A stretch of DNA of 64,000 nucleotides from an uncultured Methanosarcinaceae archaeon (GTDB taxonomy: Archaea; Halobacteriota; Methanosarcinia; Methanosarcinales; Methanosarcinaceae): contig CAVSHT010000005.1 of NCBI GenBank assembly GCA_963727895.1, positions 1-64,000 of the forward strand. Reading direction: 5' to 3'. Of the stretch, positions 31,995-42,470 are shown in pieces (the first letter of the stretch is position 1; the number at the start of each line of letters is the position of its first letter). Under the pieces are notes generated by a model. It was not told where the DNA came from. It saw only the letters and a program-made list of their open reading frames with translations, and made no database searches. Position numbers and translations under genes: made by a program.

Positions 31995-33416
31995 ATGAAA
32001 AAGTTTTCATCATTAATATTTTTACTTTTAATGTCAACGTTCATATGCCTAGGGGCTGGTACAGCACTTGGTGCGTCCGTAACTAGTCAAAATTCTACAA
32101 TCAGTGCATCAAATGGAAATATAGATTCTTCAGCTGTACAAGTAAATGTAACTAATCAAAACCCCGACAATGCCAGACCTGGAGAACCTCTTGAACTTAC
32201 TCTCAGCGTGCAGGATATCGGAAACACTGATTTGAAAGACGTACAGGTTCAACTCAATCCTGAATATCCATTCAGTAAACTTTCCGGAGAAGATCTTCAA
32301 AAGAGTATTTCTTATCTTAATGCAAGGCAGGAAGATGATGATACTGGGGTTTTGAAGTTCAAACTTATGACAGATGCCAACGCTTCAGAAGGAACTTATA
32401 ATCTTGATATCGTCACTACTTATAAGAGTGGATCAGGGTCTGATGAACAGACTTACACTACTACAAAAACAGTCCAGGTTCAAGTTCAGGGTAAAGAATA
32501 CGCTCAGGTTGTGACTGTAAGCAAGGCTGATATTGATATAGCAAAGGAAGAACCTTTGGAATTTATTGTTACAAATACAGGTGCTTCTGCTTTGAAAAAT
32601 CTGGTTTTCTCCTGGAATGATCCTAAAGGCGTTGTTTTGCCTGTATATTCAGATAACACAAAATATATCAAGTATCTGGCTGCAGGTCAATCTGTAAAAG
32701 TCGATTATACCGTAATGGCAGACGTAAGTGCTGATCCAGGTCTCTACACTTTGGATGTTAACCTTTCGTATGAAGATTCTGATTCCAGCGCAAAAAGTAT
32801 CCAGACTACAGCAGGACTTTTTGTAGGGGGAGCAACGGATTTTGATGTTTCTTTCTCCGAAAGTAGTTCCAGTGAGACTTCTTTTTCAGTTGCAAATGTG
32901 GGTAATAACATAGCATATGCTGTGAAGGTTTCTATTCCAGATCAAGATGGATACAAAGTGTCAGGAAGTTCGTCAACAATTGTAGGAAATCTGGAGAAAG
33001 GAGATTACACAATTGCTTCATTTGATGTTTCAAGTAATCAGGGTAGTGCAGGAGGAAACACAAGTGGAAATGGTGCAGGAACACCTCCAGGTCAAGCTGG
33101 TTCTAATGGCGCAAGCTCAAATTCTCTGAATTCCTCTAACCCTCTGAAGGTCCAGATTGAGTATACGGATGCAAAAGGGGAAAGAGAGACCGTTACTAAA
33201 GAGGTTAACCTCGACGGAAGCACAACATCCGGAAATATGACTGCATCAGGAGGAGGACCAGGTAGCCGTGGTGGAATCAGCTCGTATCTACCATATATCT
33301 TGTTGCTTGTCCTTGCAGGTGGAGTCTTTGTCTATCGCAAGAAAATACATGAAAAGATTCAGGCAATGAAAGAGAAAAAATCTGGAAATAAAAATCTGGA
33401 AGCTCCGAAGATCTAA
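31995..33416 (+). CDS. COG1361 S-layer-domain protein
   Basis: Signal peptide, QNPDNARPGE, VTNTG/VANVG Ig-like repeats, C-terminal TM. Confidence 0.8.
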   Translation: MKKFSSLIFLLLMSTFICLGAGTALGASVTSQNSTISASNGNIDSSAVQVNVTNQNPDNARPGEPLELTLSVQDIGNTDLKDVQVQLNPEYPFSKLSGEDLQKSISYLNARQEDDDTGVLKFKLMTDANASEGTYNLDIVTTYKSGSGSDEQTYTTTKTVQVQVQGKEYAQVVTVSKADIDIAKEEPLEFIVTNTGASALKNLVFSWNDPKGVVLPVYSDNTKYIKYLAAGQSVKVDYTVMADVSADPGLYTLDVNLSYEDSDSSAKSIQTTAGLFVGGATDFDVSFSESSSSETSFSVANVGNNIAYAVKVSIPDQDGYKVSGSSSTIVGNLEKGDYTIASFDVSSNQGSAGGNTSGNGAGTPPGQAGSNGASSNSLNSSNPLKVQIEYTDAKGERETVTKEVNLDGSTTSGNMTASGGGPGSRGGISSYLPYILLLVLAGGVFVYRKKIHEKIQAMKEKKSGNKNLEAPKI

Positions 33417-33514
33417 AAGAGTAGTCACTAGTGAGCGGAAGGATGTGAGATGAATAAATTAAACCAAGCCTTTTTTGAAATGGCTTGAGCGAAAAAGTAC
33501 CGGAAGAATTCAAA

Positions 33515-34750
33515 ATGAGACAATCAACTTACCTGAAAATGGGTCTGAACATGCTTGTGCACAGTAAACTGCGAAGCTGGCTGACCATTATCGGGATAGT
33601 TATAGGAATCGGATCTGTAGTTGGCATCCTCTCCCTCGGGGATGCCATGCAAGAACAAGTTCAAAGTAGACTTTCCGAGATGGATCTGACAAAAATAACC
33701 ATAACTCCAGGGTATACAAAAGCGTCGTCCAATATGCCAGGTCCAGGAGGTGGAGGAGGTGGTACGACAACAGATGTTGAATTAACAGATGAGGACATTA
33801 CGGCACTTAAAGGATTGAATAATATAACATATATGGAAGGAGAAATAACTGGTAGTGAACCAGTTATTTATGCAGCACAAAATGCAACCCTTTCAATTAC
33901 AGGCGTAGATCCACAGGTCTGGCAATATATGACCACCCTAAAAACACAATCTGGAAGATTACTTGAGCCTTCTGATATGAATGTAGCAGTCATTGGAAGT
34001 AGCGTTGCAAGTGGGACTTATGACCAGGATATAGGGGTTAACCAAGTAATAACTATAAATGGCAAAGCAGTTCGTGTTGTTGGAATCCTCGAAGAAGAAG
34101 GTAGTGGTGACAGAGCCATTTACATGCCAATCGATACAGCAGTGAGTCTAATCAATGGTTCCGAAGCTGGTGTTTATGACACTATTTCTGTAAAAGCTAA
34201 GAGTGAAGACATAGTAGACAACTTGACAGAAGATATCGTGGATAAGCTCATGATCTCGAGGCACATTGTCAATGATGAGGATAGAGACTTTTCAGTTTCA
34301 GCTTCTAAATCTATGGCTGAGTCTGTCACTGAAATGACGAGTTCAATGACTCTCTTCCTTAGTGCTATTGCAGCTGTTTCATTGCTTGTGGGAGCTGTCG
34401 GTATTGCCAATACCATGTTTACTTCTGTCCTTGAAAAGACAAAGGAAATAGGGACTATGAAAGCCATAGGTGCTAAAAACAGGGATATACTCATGATTTT
34501 CCTTTTCAATTCTGCAATGGTTGGTCTTGTTGGTGGTGTCCTTGGAGATATATTGGGAGCTTTTGTTTCAACTCTCTTCCCCATGCTGGGTTTGCGAATG
34601 ATGGGAGGGGGGAGTTCAAGCATATACTTTGCTCCTGATCTAATGGCTTATGGGCTTATTCTAGCCATAATGATTGGAGTACTCTCAGGAGTTGTCCCTG
34701 CTTATAGGGCTTCGAAATTAAAGCCTGTAGATGCCTTGAGGTATGAATAA
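33515..34750 (+). CDS. ABC permease (MacB/FtsX type)
   Basis: LRSWLTIIGIVIGI, GIANTMFTSVLEKTKEIG, PAYRASKLKPVDALRYE. Confidence 0.9.
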   Translation: MRQSTYLKMGLNMLVHSKLRSWLTIIGIVIGIGSVVGILSLGDAMQEQVQSRLSEMDLTKITITPGYTKASSNMPGPGGGGGGTTTDVELTDEDITALKGLNNITYMEGEITGSEPVIYAAQNATLSITGVDPQVWQYMTTLKTQSGRLLEPSDMNVAVIGSSVASGTYDQDIGVNQVITINGKAVRVVGILEEEGSGDRAIYMPIDTAVSLINGSEAGVYDTISVKAKSEDIVDNLTEDIVDKLMISRHIVNDEDRDFSVSASKSMAESVTEMTSSMTLFLSAIAAVSLLVGAVGIANTMFTSVLEKTKEIGTMKAIGAKNRDILMIFLFNSAMVGLVGGVLGDILGAFVSTLFPMLGLRMMGGGSSSIYFAPDLMAYGLILAIMIGVLSGVVPAYRASKLKPVDALRYE

Positions 34751-34796
34751 CATGAAAGTCCTATAAAAGTTAACAAGAAATTGAAAGGAAACATTA

Positions 34797-34835
34797 TAAA
34801 TTGAGAATGTAAATTGAGAATGTAAATTGAGAATG
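34797..34835. repeat. 13-bp tandem repeat x3 in the loop of an imperfect inverted repeat (terminator region)
   Basis: TAAATTGAGAATG x3 between ATTGAAAG..AACATT and AATGTT..CTTTCAAT. Confidence 0.75.
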
Positions 34836-35334
34836 TTCTCTTTCAATATTTATTTTTAAAGCAGTTATATTTTTGTGAAACCATGATTTTTTTATTAAAT
34901 CTGGATCCATTTTCTTTTTCTTTCTTTTTTGTTATTTTTGTTCTTGCTATCTCTACATTCTCGATTTCTGCCGTTTCACTCAACTGAATTTTAACAGCAC
35001 TTATATTCAAAATTTTCAACAAGCTTTTCTTTATCCATTAGTGATGAAATAACTCTTAACAGAATTAATGTAATTATTTTATTTTTTAATAAGATATTGT
35101 AAAAAAGATATTTAAGTTAAAAACAAAATCAATTCCATATTTCTTTCTTAAAAATATAACTGATTTTCAGAGCAAATCTAGCTATTTTCTTCCCATCTCT
35201 TTTAACGTTTTAAAAAGTAAAATTCTTTCGTAAAACTTGATCATATATACATCTTTCGAAAACGAAATTATAATATTAACTGTATCATATAAAATTATAT
35301 GTTTCTTCTTTTTTATGCCTAATAATATTACAAA

Positions 35335-36108
35335 TTGGGCATAAATGTATATATTACTTATAAAAAATTGTTTAATAAACTAATATTAGTTTACAGGGGT
35401 TTTAGGTTGATTTACAAGAAATTATCCTTTGAAATGTATGATGACTTCCATAAAATGTTTGCTGGATCGGACGAAAATACTTTTGAAATATGCAAGGAAT
35501 GCGGAGGGACCTGCGAGCACAATAAAATAGGCACTTTGCTACCTGGAGAAGAGGAGTACATGGCAGCAAAAATGGGTATAAGTGTTTCCAATTTTAAAAT
35601 CCGCTACCTAGACTTTCTTAAAATGGATGATGGGACTCTTATACAGGTATTAAAATTAGGGAAGATATGCCCATTTTTAAACGAAGACGGAGTATGTGAG
35701 TGCCGGGACTTCAAGCCAATATTCTGCAAAATCTATCCTGTAATTTTTACGGTTGAAAATGAAAAAATAAATTTTAAAATAGATAACTGGTGTAGATTAT
35801 CTATGAAAAAGATATACAGGTTTTATTTTGAAGCAGTTATACCGCTTTTATCAAGCCTTGAAGTTCCAGTAGAATGGTTAAAGCATGTAACTAGCTACGA
35901 CAGTCTTTGCTTTGACTATGAGCAACTGGAAAGGCACAGGAGTGGAAAAAATAAATATGCAGCTTTTTCACTGGAGGAGTTACTAAGTTTGCAGAAAGTC
36001 GAAGTAGAAACTACCGGTCTCTGTATCGAGTTCAGTCAAAATATCAGAAAGCCAGTTTTTTTTAGTTTGGCCACTAATGATAAACTCCTAAAGCCGACAG
36101 AGGTCTGA
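35335..36108 (+). CDS. YkgJ/FliB-type cysteine-cluster protein (start uncertain)
   Basis: CKECGGTC, CPFL..CEC..KPIFCKIYP. Confidence 0.7.
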   Translation: MGINVYITYKKLFNKLILVYRGFRLIYKKLSFEMYDDFHKMFAGSDENTFEICKECGGTCEHNKIGTLLPGEEEYMAAKMGISVSNFKIRYLDFLKMDDGTLIQVLKLGKICPFLNEDGVCECRDFKPIFCKIYPVIFTVENEKINFKIDNWCRLSMKKIYRFYFEAVIPLLSSLEVPVEWLKHVTSYDSLCFDYEQLERHRSGKNKYAAFSLEELLSLQKVEVETTGLCIEFSQNIRKPVFFSLATNDKLLKPTEV

Positions 36109-36197
36109 ATTAACTTGCTTGTAAAAAATAAAATTTGTCCTTTTTAACTTCTTTGTTAGAAAAAAGTAAATAATTAGCTTTAAGTCAGGTAATTTAT

Positions 36198-38366
36198 CTA
36201 ACAAGAAGTTTCATTATCTATTTTATCATTTTTTATTGGAATTACGAAAGCAAAGGTGCTTCCTTCTCCCATATTGCTCCTGAACCAGACATATCCACTA
36301 TGCAAATGAACAATCTGCTTAACCAGTGAAAGACCTAACCCGGTTCCCTGGTATTGTTTGGACAAAAAGGAGTCGACCTGGCTGAAGGGCTTGAAAATTT
36401 TGCTCTGGTCCTCAGGTCTGATACCAATTCCCGTATCTTTCACTGTTATTTCAACCATATCTCCTTTCTTTCTTGCTCCGATTTTTACAAGTCCATTTTC
36501 ATAGGAGAATTTTATGGCATTATCTACAAGGTTGTACATTATCTGAGCAAATCTTGCTTCGTCAGCACAGATACATCCAATGTCGTCATCGACATCAATT
36601 TCAATTTGAATATTTTTCCGCTCAGCTATAGGTGAAAGGAGATTTTTTATTATGTTAAGCTTGCTGGCAAGCTCGAATTGTTTATAACTTAGTTCCAGCT
36701 TTCCAGCTTCTATTTTAGAGAGGTCCAGGATACCATTTATCAGATCCAAAAGGTTTTTTCCACTCTTTGAAATGTTTCCTACGGATTTTAGCTGTCTTTC
36801 GTTTAATTCACCATATACTTTTTCATACAAAAGATCCGAAAATCCTATTATAGAGTTAAGCGGAGTCCTCAGTTCATGACTCATATTTGCCAGAAATTCG
36901 CTCTTTGTACGGTTTGATGCTTCTGCAATTTGCTTTTCCTGAAGAAGTGTTTCTGCAGCTTTTCTTTCTGTAATATCTCTACATGTTTCGAGGATTCCTA
37001 TAATCTTTCTGTCCTCTCCAGTTACAGGAATTGCCTGAACAAGCCAGACTCTACCATCTTTAGAAGTAAATTCTCCTGATTTTTTATTGCCTGCTATGAA
37101 TATCTGTTCAAGTTCTAGGGAATTGGATAGTGGACTACTTATTTCAGGAGTATTTTTAAGGCTTGTACCCACTGCTTTTTGAAGATCCATCTCCATAAAT
37201 TCAAGGGCAGCCTTATTTGCCCAGATAATGTTATATTGAGGGTTCACGAAAATAACCAGTTCATTCAGGGAATCAAGCAGAACTTTTTTTTCTCTTTCCT
37301 GAGTCGTTAGTTCTTGCTCTACAAGATAAATTTCATTTAACATTCCATTTATTTCTTTTGAAAGGCGATAAAGTTCATCGTTGTTTTTAAGACACAATCT
37401 CCTGGAGAGATCCTTTTCTGATCGAATTCGGGTAACAAAATTATCAATTTCTATCAACCTGGAAACAAATAGCTTGTCAAGAGCGAATTTAACTCCAACC
37501 ATAGTCATAAGACCAGTTAGTAAAAGGAAAAGGTACATGTTATTTAGAGTTCTTTCACCACGTGAGTAAAGTTCTCTTGGGAAATCTGCTCTTATAATTA
37601 GAGCAGGCTTGCCTGAAATATCAGGTAATTCAAAATAGCCAGCAACCCTTTTTTCGTTAAGGGGTTTAATAATAGTTTGGTTTGGGTTTTCTGAAAAATT
37701 TTTTAGCTTGGTCTGAAAATCCGAAGGTAGATTTTCATTAACAGTATACATCAAAAGTGAAGAACAGGTATTTTCTTTGAAGGAATAAAGGAGGTTACTG
37801 TCAAAGTACTTTCCAAAAATCAAAGTGCCTTTTACAGGACCAGTATAATTTGACGTAAGAATAGGATGGCATGAAATAAACATGGGTTTTCCATCTATTA
37901 GGATAAAACCATTGATTTTCTCATTTTGCGTTCTCGTAAGAATTGTTTTGTCATTCACCAATTTAATAAGATCTTCAGGGATCGGTTCTTCTTTTTCGGT
38001 GTTGATGTCTACCACTTTTGAATAAACAATAGACCCAGAATTATTTATAAAAAGCACTACATTAATTTTAAGCTTAGCAAAAGTCATGTTCTGAGCGTTT
38101 TCATCTATAAACTTCTGGTTTCTATCATCAATAAATCTATAGGTATCATCCCAGGAGGCCCAATCCTGTGCTATGTAATCAAGATACCCCTGTTCGGTTG
38201 AAATGGCATTCTGTACTCTTTCGACATTATTCCGTGTATCATTCTCTTCAAGTCTTAAAAAGGTAGAAAGTTGCATAGTATGGGTAAGCGTAAATGCAGC
38301 CGTAAGAACACCAAAAATTAAAAGGGTTACTAAAAGAACCTTTTTACTAATGTCTATTCTTAACAC
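36198..38366 (-). CDS. CHASE4-HAMP-PAS sensor histidine kinase
   Basis: DWASWDDTY, FLANMSHELRTPL, NLVDNAIKF, DTGIG, GTGLGL. Confidence 0.9.
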   Translation of the reverse strand: MLRIDISKKVLLVTLLIFGVLTAAFTLTHTMQLSTFLRLEENDTRNNVERVQNAISTEQGYLDYIAQDWASWDDTYRFIDDRNQKFIDENAQNMTFAKLKINVVLFINNSGSIVYSKVVDINTEKEEPIPEDLIKLVNDKTILTRTQNEKINGFILIDGKPMFISCHPILTSNYTGPVKGTLIFGKYFDSNLLYSFKENTCSSLLMYTVNENLPSDFQTKLKNFSENPNQTIIKPLNEKRVAGYFELPDISGKPALIIRADFPRELYSRGERTLNNMYLFLLLTGLMTMVGVKFALDKLFVSRLIEIDNFVTRIRSEKDLSRRLCLKNNDELYRLSKEINGMLNEIYLVEQELTTQEREKKVLLDSLNELVIFVNPQYNIIWANKAALEFMEMDLQKAVGTSLKNTPEISSPLSNSLELEQIFIAGNKKSGEFTSKDGRVWLVQAIPVTGEDRKIIGILETCRDITERKAAETLLQEKQIAEASNRTKSEFLANMSHELRTPLNSIIGFSDLLYEKVYGELNERQLKSVGNISKSGKNLLDLINGILDLSKIEAGKLELSYKQFELASKLNIIKNLLSPIAERKNIQIEIDVDDDIGCICADEARFAQIMYNLVDNAIKFSYENGLVKIGARKKGDMVEITVKDTGIGIRPEDQSKIFKPFSQVDSFLSKQYQGTGLGLSLVKQIVHLHSGYVWFRSNMGEGSTFAFVIPIKNDKIDNETSC

Positions 38367-38517
38367 CCCAAAAATTTGCTCGCTAACAAGAGTTGAAAGT
38401 AATATAATATTGATATTAAAAAGATGAAAAAGTATATAAATTTTAGTAAATATTTGGGGAGTTTTAAATCAATTAGAACTTTTTGCACTTTTTATTTTTT
38501 GATTCTATTGAAATTTT

Positions 38518-39264
38518 GGCTTTGATACTTAAACATAGTTATATACTATTAGAAAGTATATTTCTTCATGAACTATCCCAGATGCAATAGTTCCAGTCAC
38601 AAAAAGAACGGTATAGTTGGTGGGCGTCAACGCTACAAATGCCATGATTGTGGATATAACTATACAGTAGAGCTAAAATCAACTGCTTTTTCCGCCTCTG
38701 TAAAAAAACAGGCTTTACAACTTTACCTTGAAGGATTGGGCTTTCGTTCAATAGGAAGAGTTTTAGGGGTGAGTCATGTTTCTGTCCAAAGATGGATAAA
38801 GAAATTTGGTCAAGAGTTAGAGGCTCTAAAAAGCGAAAATGAGATATCTATTGTTGAACTGGATGAGATGCACACTTACATCGGTAACAAAAAAATATTG
38901 CTGGATCTGGATTGCTGTTGATAGAGTTGGGAAAAAGTTCATCAACTGCTCTTTTGATAGCAGAGGAACGGAAACTGGAAAACTACTCTGGGAAAAATTG
39001 AAGAAAAAAGAGATTGGAGAAGTGATGACCGATCACTGGAGAGCATATGCAGAGGTTCTTCCAGAAAAGATCCATACTCAATCAAAAGCAGAAACGTATA
39101 CTGTTGAAGGATATAACAGCATATTAAGGCATTTTCTAGCAAGATTGAGAAGAAAGACAAAGTGTTATACAAAAAGTCTTGAAATGCTAAAGTACTCGGT
39201 TCTTCTATTGATGAAATAAAGAAATAAAGAAATAAAGAATTAAATATGTTTAGTTAACAATACC
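38518..39264 (+). mobile_element. IS1-family copy D (A7 slip site, 7/8 TSD)
   Basis: TIRs; flanks GAAATTTT / AAAATTTT; extra 8-bp GAAATAAA unit near the right end. Confidence 0.9.
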
Positions 39265-39728
39265 AAAATTTTTAATGCAATTTCCCCTGTCAACAAATAC
39301 ACTTTCTTTTTCAATGTGTGTCGAGGGATCTATTAGCATTTATTATTTCACCAGATCACTTTTCTAATAAACAAGGATTTTGATCTATAGAAGTATCTTT
39401 AATTGGTACTATATAATACTATTGAAATATTTCGAATTAATCGCCTATTCTTTTTATTGTAAACAATTTCGTTGGAAAAGGCTTTTTATAGAGTTTGTTT
39501 CAAAAAAGTTCGGTAAAAAAGTTTCGCTGGCCATTTTACCAGATTATGGATCTCTTATATTCGGACTTATAAAATTTATCCGAGAGCTTTACCTATATCT
39601 GGATAAAAGGCTTCAATTAACTTATTTTCTCTTTAGAGTCATAAAAATACACAAATTAAACGCTCAGTACATAATTCTAACGCTTAAATATATAAATCTA
39701 TACTGTAACTATATTGATAGTGATTACC

Positions 39729-40133
39729 ATGGTAAAATTAAGTGAAGATATGAAAACAGCTTTTTCAAAAGTAAAGATCTTTCCAGTAGCCACAGCCTCA
39801 AAGGAAGGAGTTCCAAATGTAGTGCCTATAGGGTTCTGCCTGCTTGTAGACGATGAAACAATCTGGATCGCAGACAATTTCATGTCCAAATCTCTGTCAA
39901 ATGTTGAAGAAAACCCAAATGTGGCAATCTATGTATGGGGTCCGGACACTGGTGGTTGCTTCCAGATAAAAGGTAAAACCGAAATAATCAGTTCCGGAGA
40001 AAAATATGAAAAAATGAAAGCAATTGTGAATGCAGCAAAACCCGGACTTCCCGCAAAGAACCTTATAGAAGTAAAGATTAGCGACGTATTCCAATGCGCT
40101 CCTGGTCCCGACGCAGGAAAGAAATTACTCTAA
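39729..40133 (+). CDS. Pyridoxamine 5'-phosphate oxidase-like FMN-binding protein
   Basis: VATASKEGVPNVVP, ADNFM.K...N..ENP, FQIKG, PGPDAGK. Confidence 0.85.
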   Translation: MVKLSEDMKTAFSKVKIFPVATASKEGVPNVVPIGFCLLVDDETIWIADNFMSKSLSNVEENPNVAIYVWGPDTGGCFQIKGKTEIISSGEKYEKMKAIVNAAKPGLPAKNLIEVKISDVFQCAPGPDAGKKLL

Positions 40134-40230
40134 TCGCTCTGATCGAATAAAATTATAGATCAACATAATATATCCGAATAAGCACCCAAAATATCCGGAT
40201 AAAAAATAAATTATAGGTGGGAGTGTTGAG

Positions 40231-40446
40231 ATGGTTGAAAATAAGGGAAAGCCCCCTGTATTTTGTGAAAAGTTCTGTATAGTCTGCAAGGGTGCAAGAG
40301 AAGGGAACAAAATTTGCAAGACTATCCAGAACATTGAATTGAAAATTTTTGGGAAAAATGGCTGCATTTGGGGAGCAGCAAGAACAAAATATTATGGTGT
40401 TACCCCAGATAAAAAACTCCCAGAACTTTCAATAAAAAATAAATAA
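40231..40446 (+). CDS. Small Cys-rich hypothetical protein
   Basis: GGTGGGAG RBS; CEKFCIVC..C..GCIWG. Confidence 0.55.
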   Translation: MVENKGKPPVFCEKFCIVCKGAREGNKICKTIQNIELKIFGKNGCIWGAARTKYYGVTPDKKLPELSIKNK

Positions 40447-40774
40447 TTAACTGATCAAATAATTATAGAATTAAATAAAGAGGAAAATAAAAATTAATAT
40501 AAATAAGTGATGAAGGTAGAATTGAGAATAGATAAATATCTATTCATTCACCTTTACACTTACTCTTTTTTGTTTTTAATAAAAGATTTAATTTAACTAT
40601 TATCCTGTACCCGTGAGCAAAAGAAAAACTTTCTTATTACCTGATGCAATTCTATAACGAAGTTGATTTTTACAGTACAACACTTGTCTAAAACATACAC
40701 GGATAAATCCCAAAAGTAAGACTTTAAGAAACAAGATTCTATAAACAAAGATTTACAAGAAAGGATACTCGACT

Positions 40775-41628
40775 ATGCCTACACTGAGTATTATTGCCTG
40801 TGGGATGCTCGAAGACGAGCTTGTACATGTATTATCAAAAGATAGTGACCTACAGCAGTTAATCGTTGTTGAAAGCCGAGAAAGTTTAGGGCTTCTTCGT
40901 AAGCTCAGATTAAGGAACTGCAATCCAAGAACAACTTTTCTTGATAGAGTACCAATGCTCATTAAAGACCAATCCAACCCGGATTTAAGAAATTCTTCAA
41001 AATATCTCACAGGCTTTCCTTTATTAAAAAATTTTTTCAGGAAAAGGAAATGTAGGGAAAAAATAAGTGTTGTTGTTAATATTTTAAGCCTGGGACTTCA
41101 TGCGAATCTTGAAATTCTGAAAACAGAAGTATATAGGAATATTCGTGAAATGGCTTCCTTTTCAGACAGAATCCTTGTTTTTATGGAACCTGTGGACATG
41201 CCCTTGGAAACCTGAAAGAAGATTTATCAGACCCTCAATGTCAGCTTTTTTTCCTGAAAGACAGAAATGGAGAAATTATAGAAGACTGCATTAGTTTAGC
41301 ACTTGGAGGAAATGAAGCTTATGCAGAAGCTATGACTGAATTTCAGGGTAAAGGAACAATATATTTGACTCCGATGTGGGCTTCTAACTGGAAGAAACTG
41401 GAAAGCGAACATGGAAGCCGTGATTTCAACAAGCATTACCTGAAAAACCCACTATATTGCCTTGCTGCACAAATCGATAGTGGGCTTACTGATAATCCTG
41501 AATTTCATACAAATGTTAAAGATTTTGCCTGCACTTTTGGTATGAAAGTTATAAACCTCAAAGGAAATTTGGAAATTACAGAACATTCATACCTGAATGC
41601 CCGAAACGGTTCAATTGAAAAACAATAA
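40775..41628 (+). pseudogene. DUF1638 family gene, frameshifted at the T5 run 41178-41182
   Basis: IIACGMLEDE, LGLH; adding one T restores VFYGTCGH..EDCISLALGG..YLTPMW. Confidence 0.8.
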
Positions 41629-41683
41629 TAACATAAATTTAAAATATTATTAGAAGATAATTTAAATTTATATTATTAATTTC

Positions 41684-41718
41684 GGCATTGTTACTTAAAT
41701 ATATCTAGTTCTTTATTT
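41684..41718 (-). mobile_element. Stranded 35-bp IS1 right end interrupted by copy E
   Basis: GGCATTGTTACTTAAATATATCTAGTTCTTTATTT identical to the copy B end. Confidence 0.85.
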
Positions 41719-42457
41719 GGTATTGTTAACTAAACATATTTAATTCTTTATTTCTTTATTTCATCAATAGAAGAACCGAGTACTTTAGTATTTCAAGACT
41801 TTTTGTATAACACTTTGTCTTTCTTCTCAATCTTGCTAGAAAATGCCTTAATATGCTGTTATATCCTTCAACAGTATACGTTTCTGCTTTTGATTGAGTA
41901 TGGATCTTTTCTGGAAGAACCTCTGCATATGCTCTCCAGTGATCGGTCATCACTTCTCCAATCTCTTTTTTCTTCAATTTTTCCCAGAGTAGTTTTCCAG
42001 TTTCCGTTCCTCTGCTATCAAAAGAGCAGTTGATGAACTTTTTCCCAACTCTATCAACAGCAATCCAGATCCAGCAATATTTTTTTGTTACCGATGTAAG
42101 TGTGCATCTCATCCAGTTCAACAATAGATATCTCATTTTCGCTTTTTAGAGCCTCTAACTCTTGACCAAATTTCTTTATCCATTTTTGGACAGAAACATG
42201 ACTCACCCCTAAAACTCTTCCTATTGAACGAAAGCCCAATCCTTCAAGGTAAAGTTGTAAAGCCTGTTTTTTTACAGAGGCGGAAAAAGCAGTTGATTTT
42301 AGCTCTACTGTATAGTTATATCCACAATCAGAGCATTTGTACCGTTGACGCCCGCCAACTATACCATTCTTTTTGTGACTGGAACTATTGCATCTGGGGC
42401 AGTTAATAAAGAAATATATGTTATAAGCATATATATCTATTTTTAATTACCAATACC
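41719..42457 (-). mobile_element. IS1-family copy E (A7 slip site, divergent left end)
   Basis: Body nearly identical to D; left end GGTATTGGTAATTAAAAATAG differs from the other copies. Confidence 0.9.
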
Positions 42458-42470
42458 GTAAAATTAATTG

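Noticed and set aside
39380..39745. 121-aa ORF upstream of the PNPOx-like gene
   Set aside because: Low-complexity AT-rich translation overlapping the promoter
38510..42465. Inversion signature between IS1 D and E
   Set aside because: Cross-flank match only 6/8 on one side; D has its own 7/8 direct TSD
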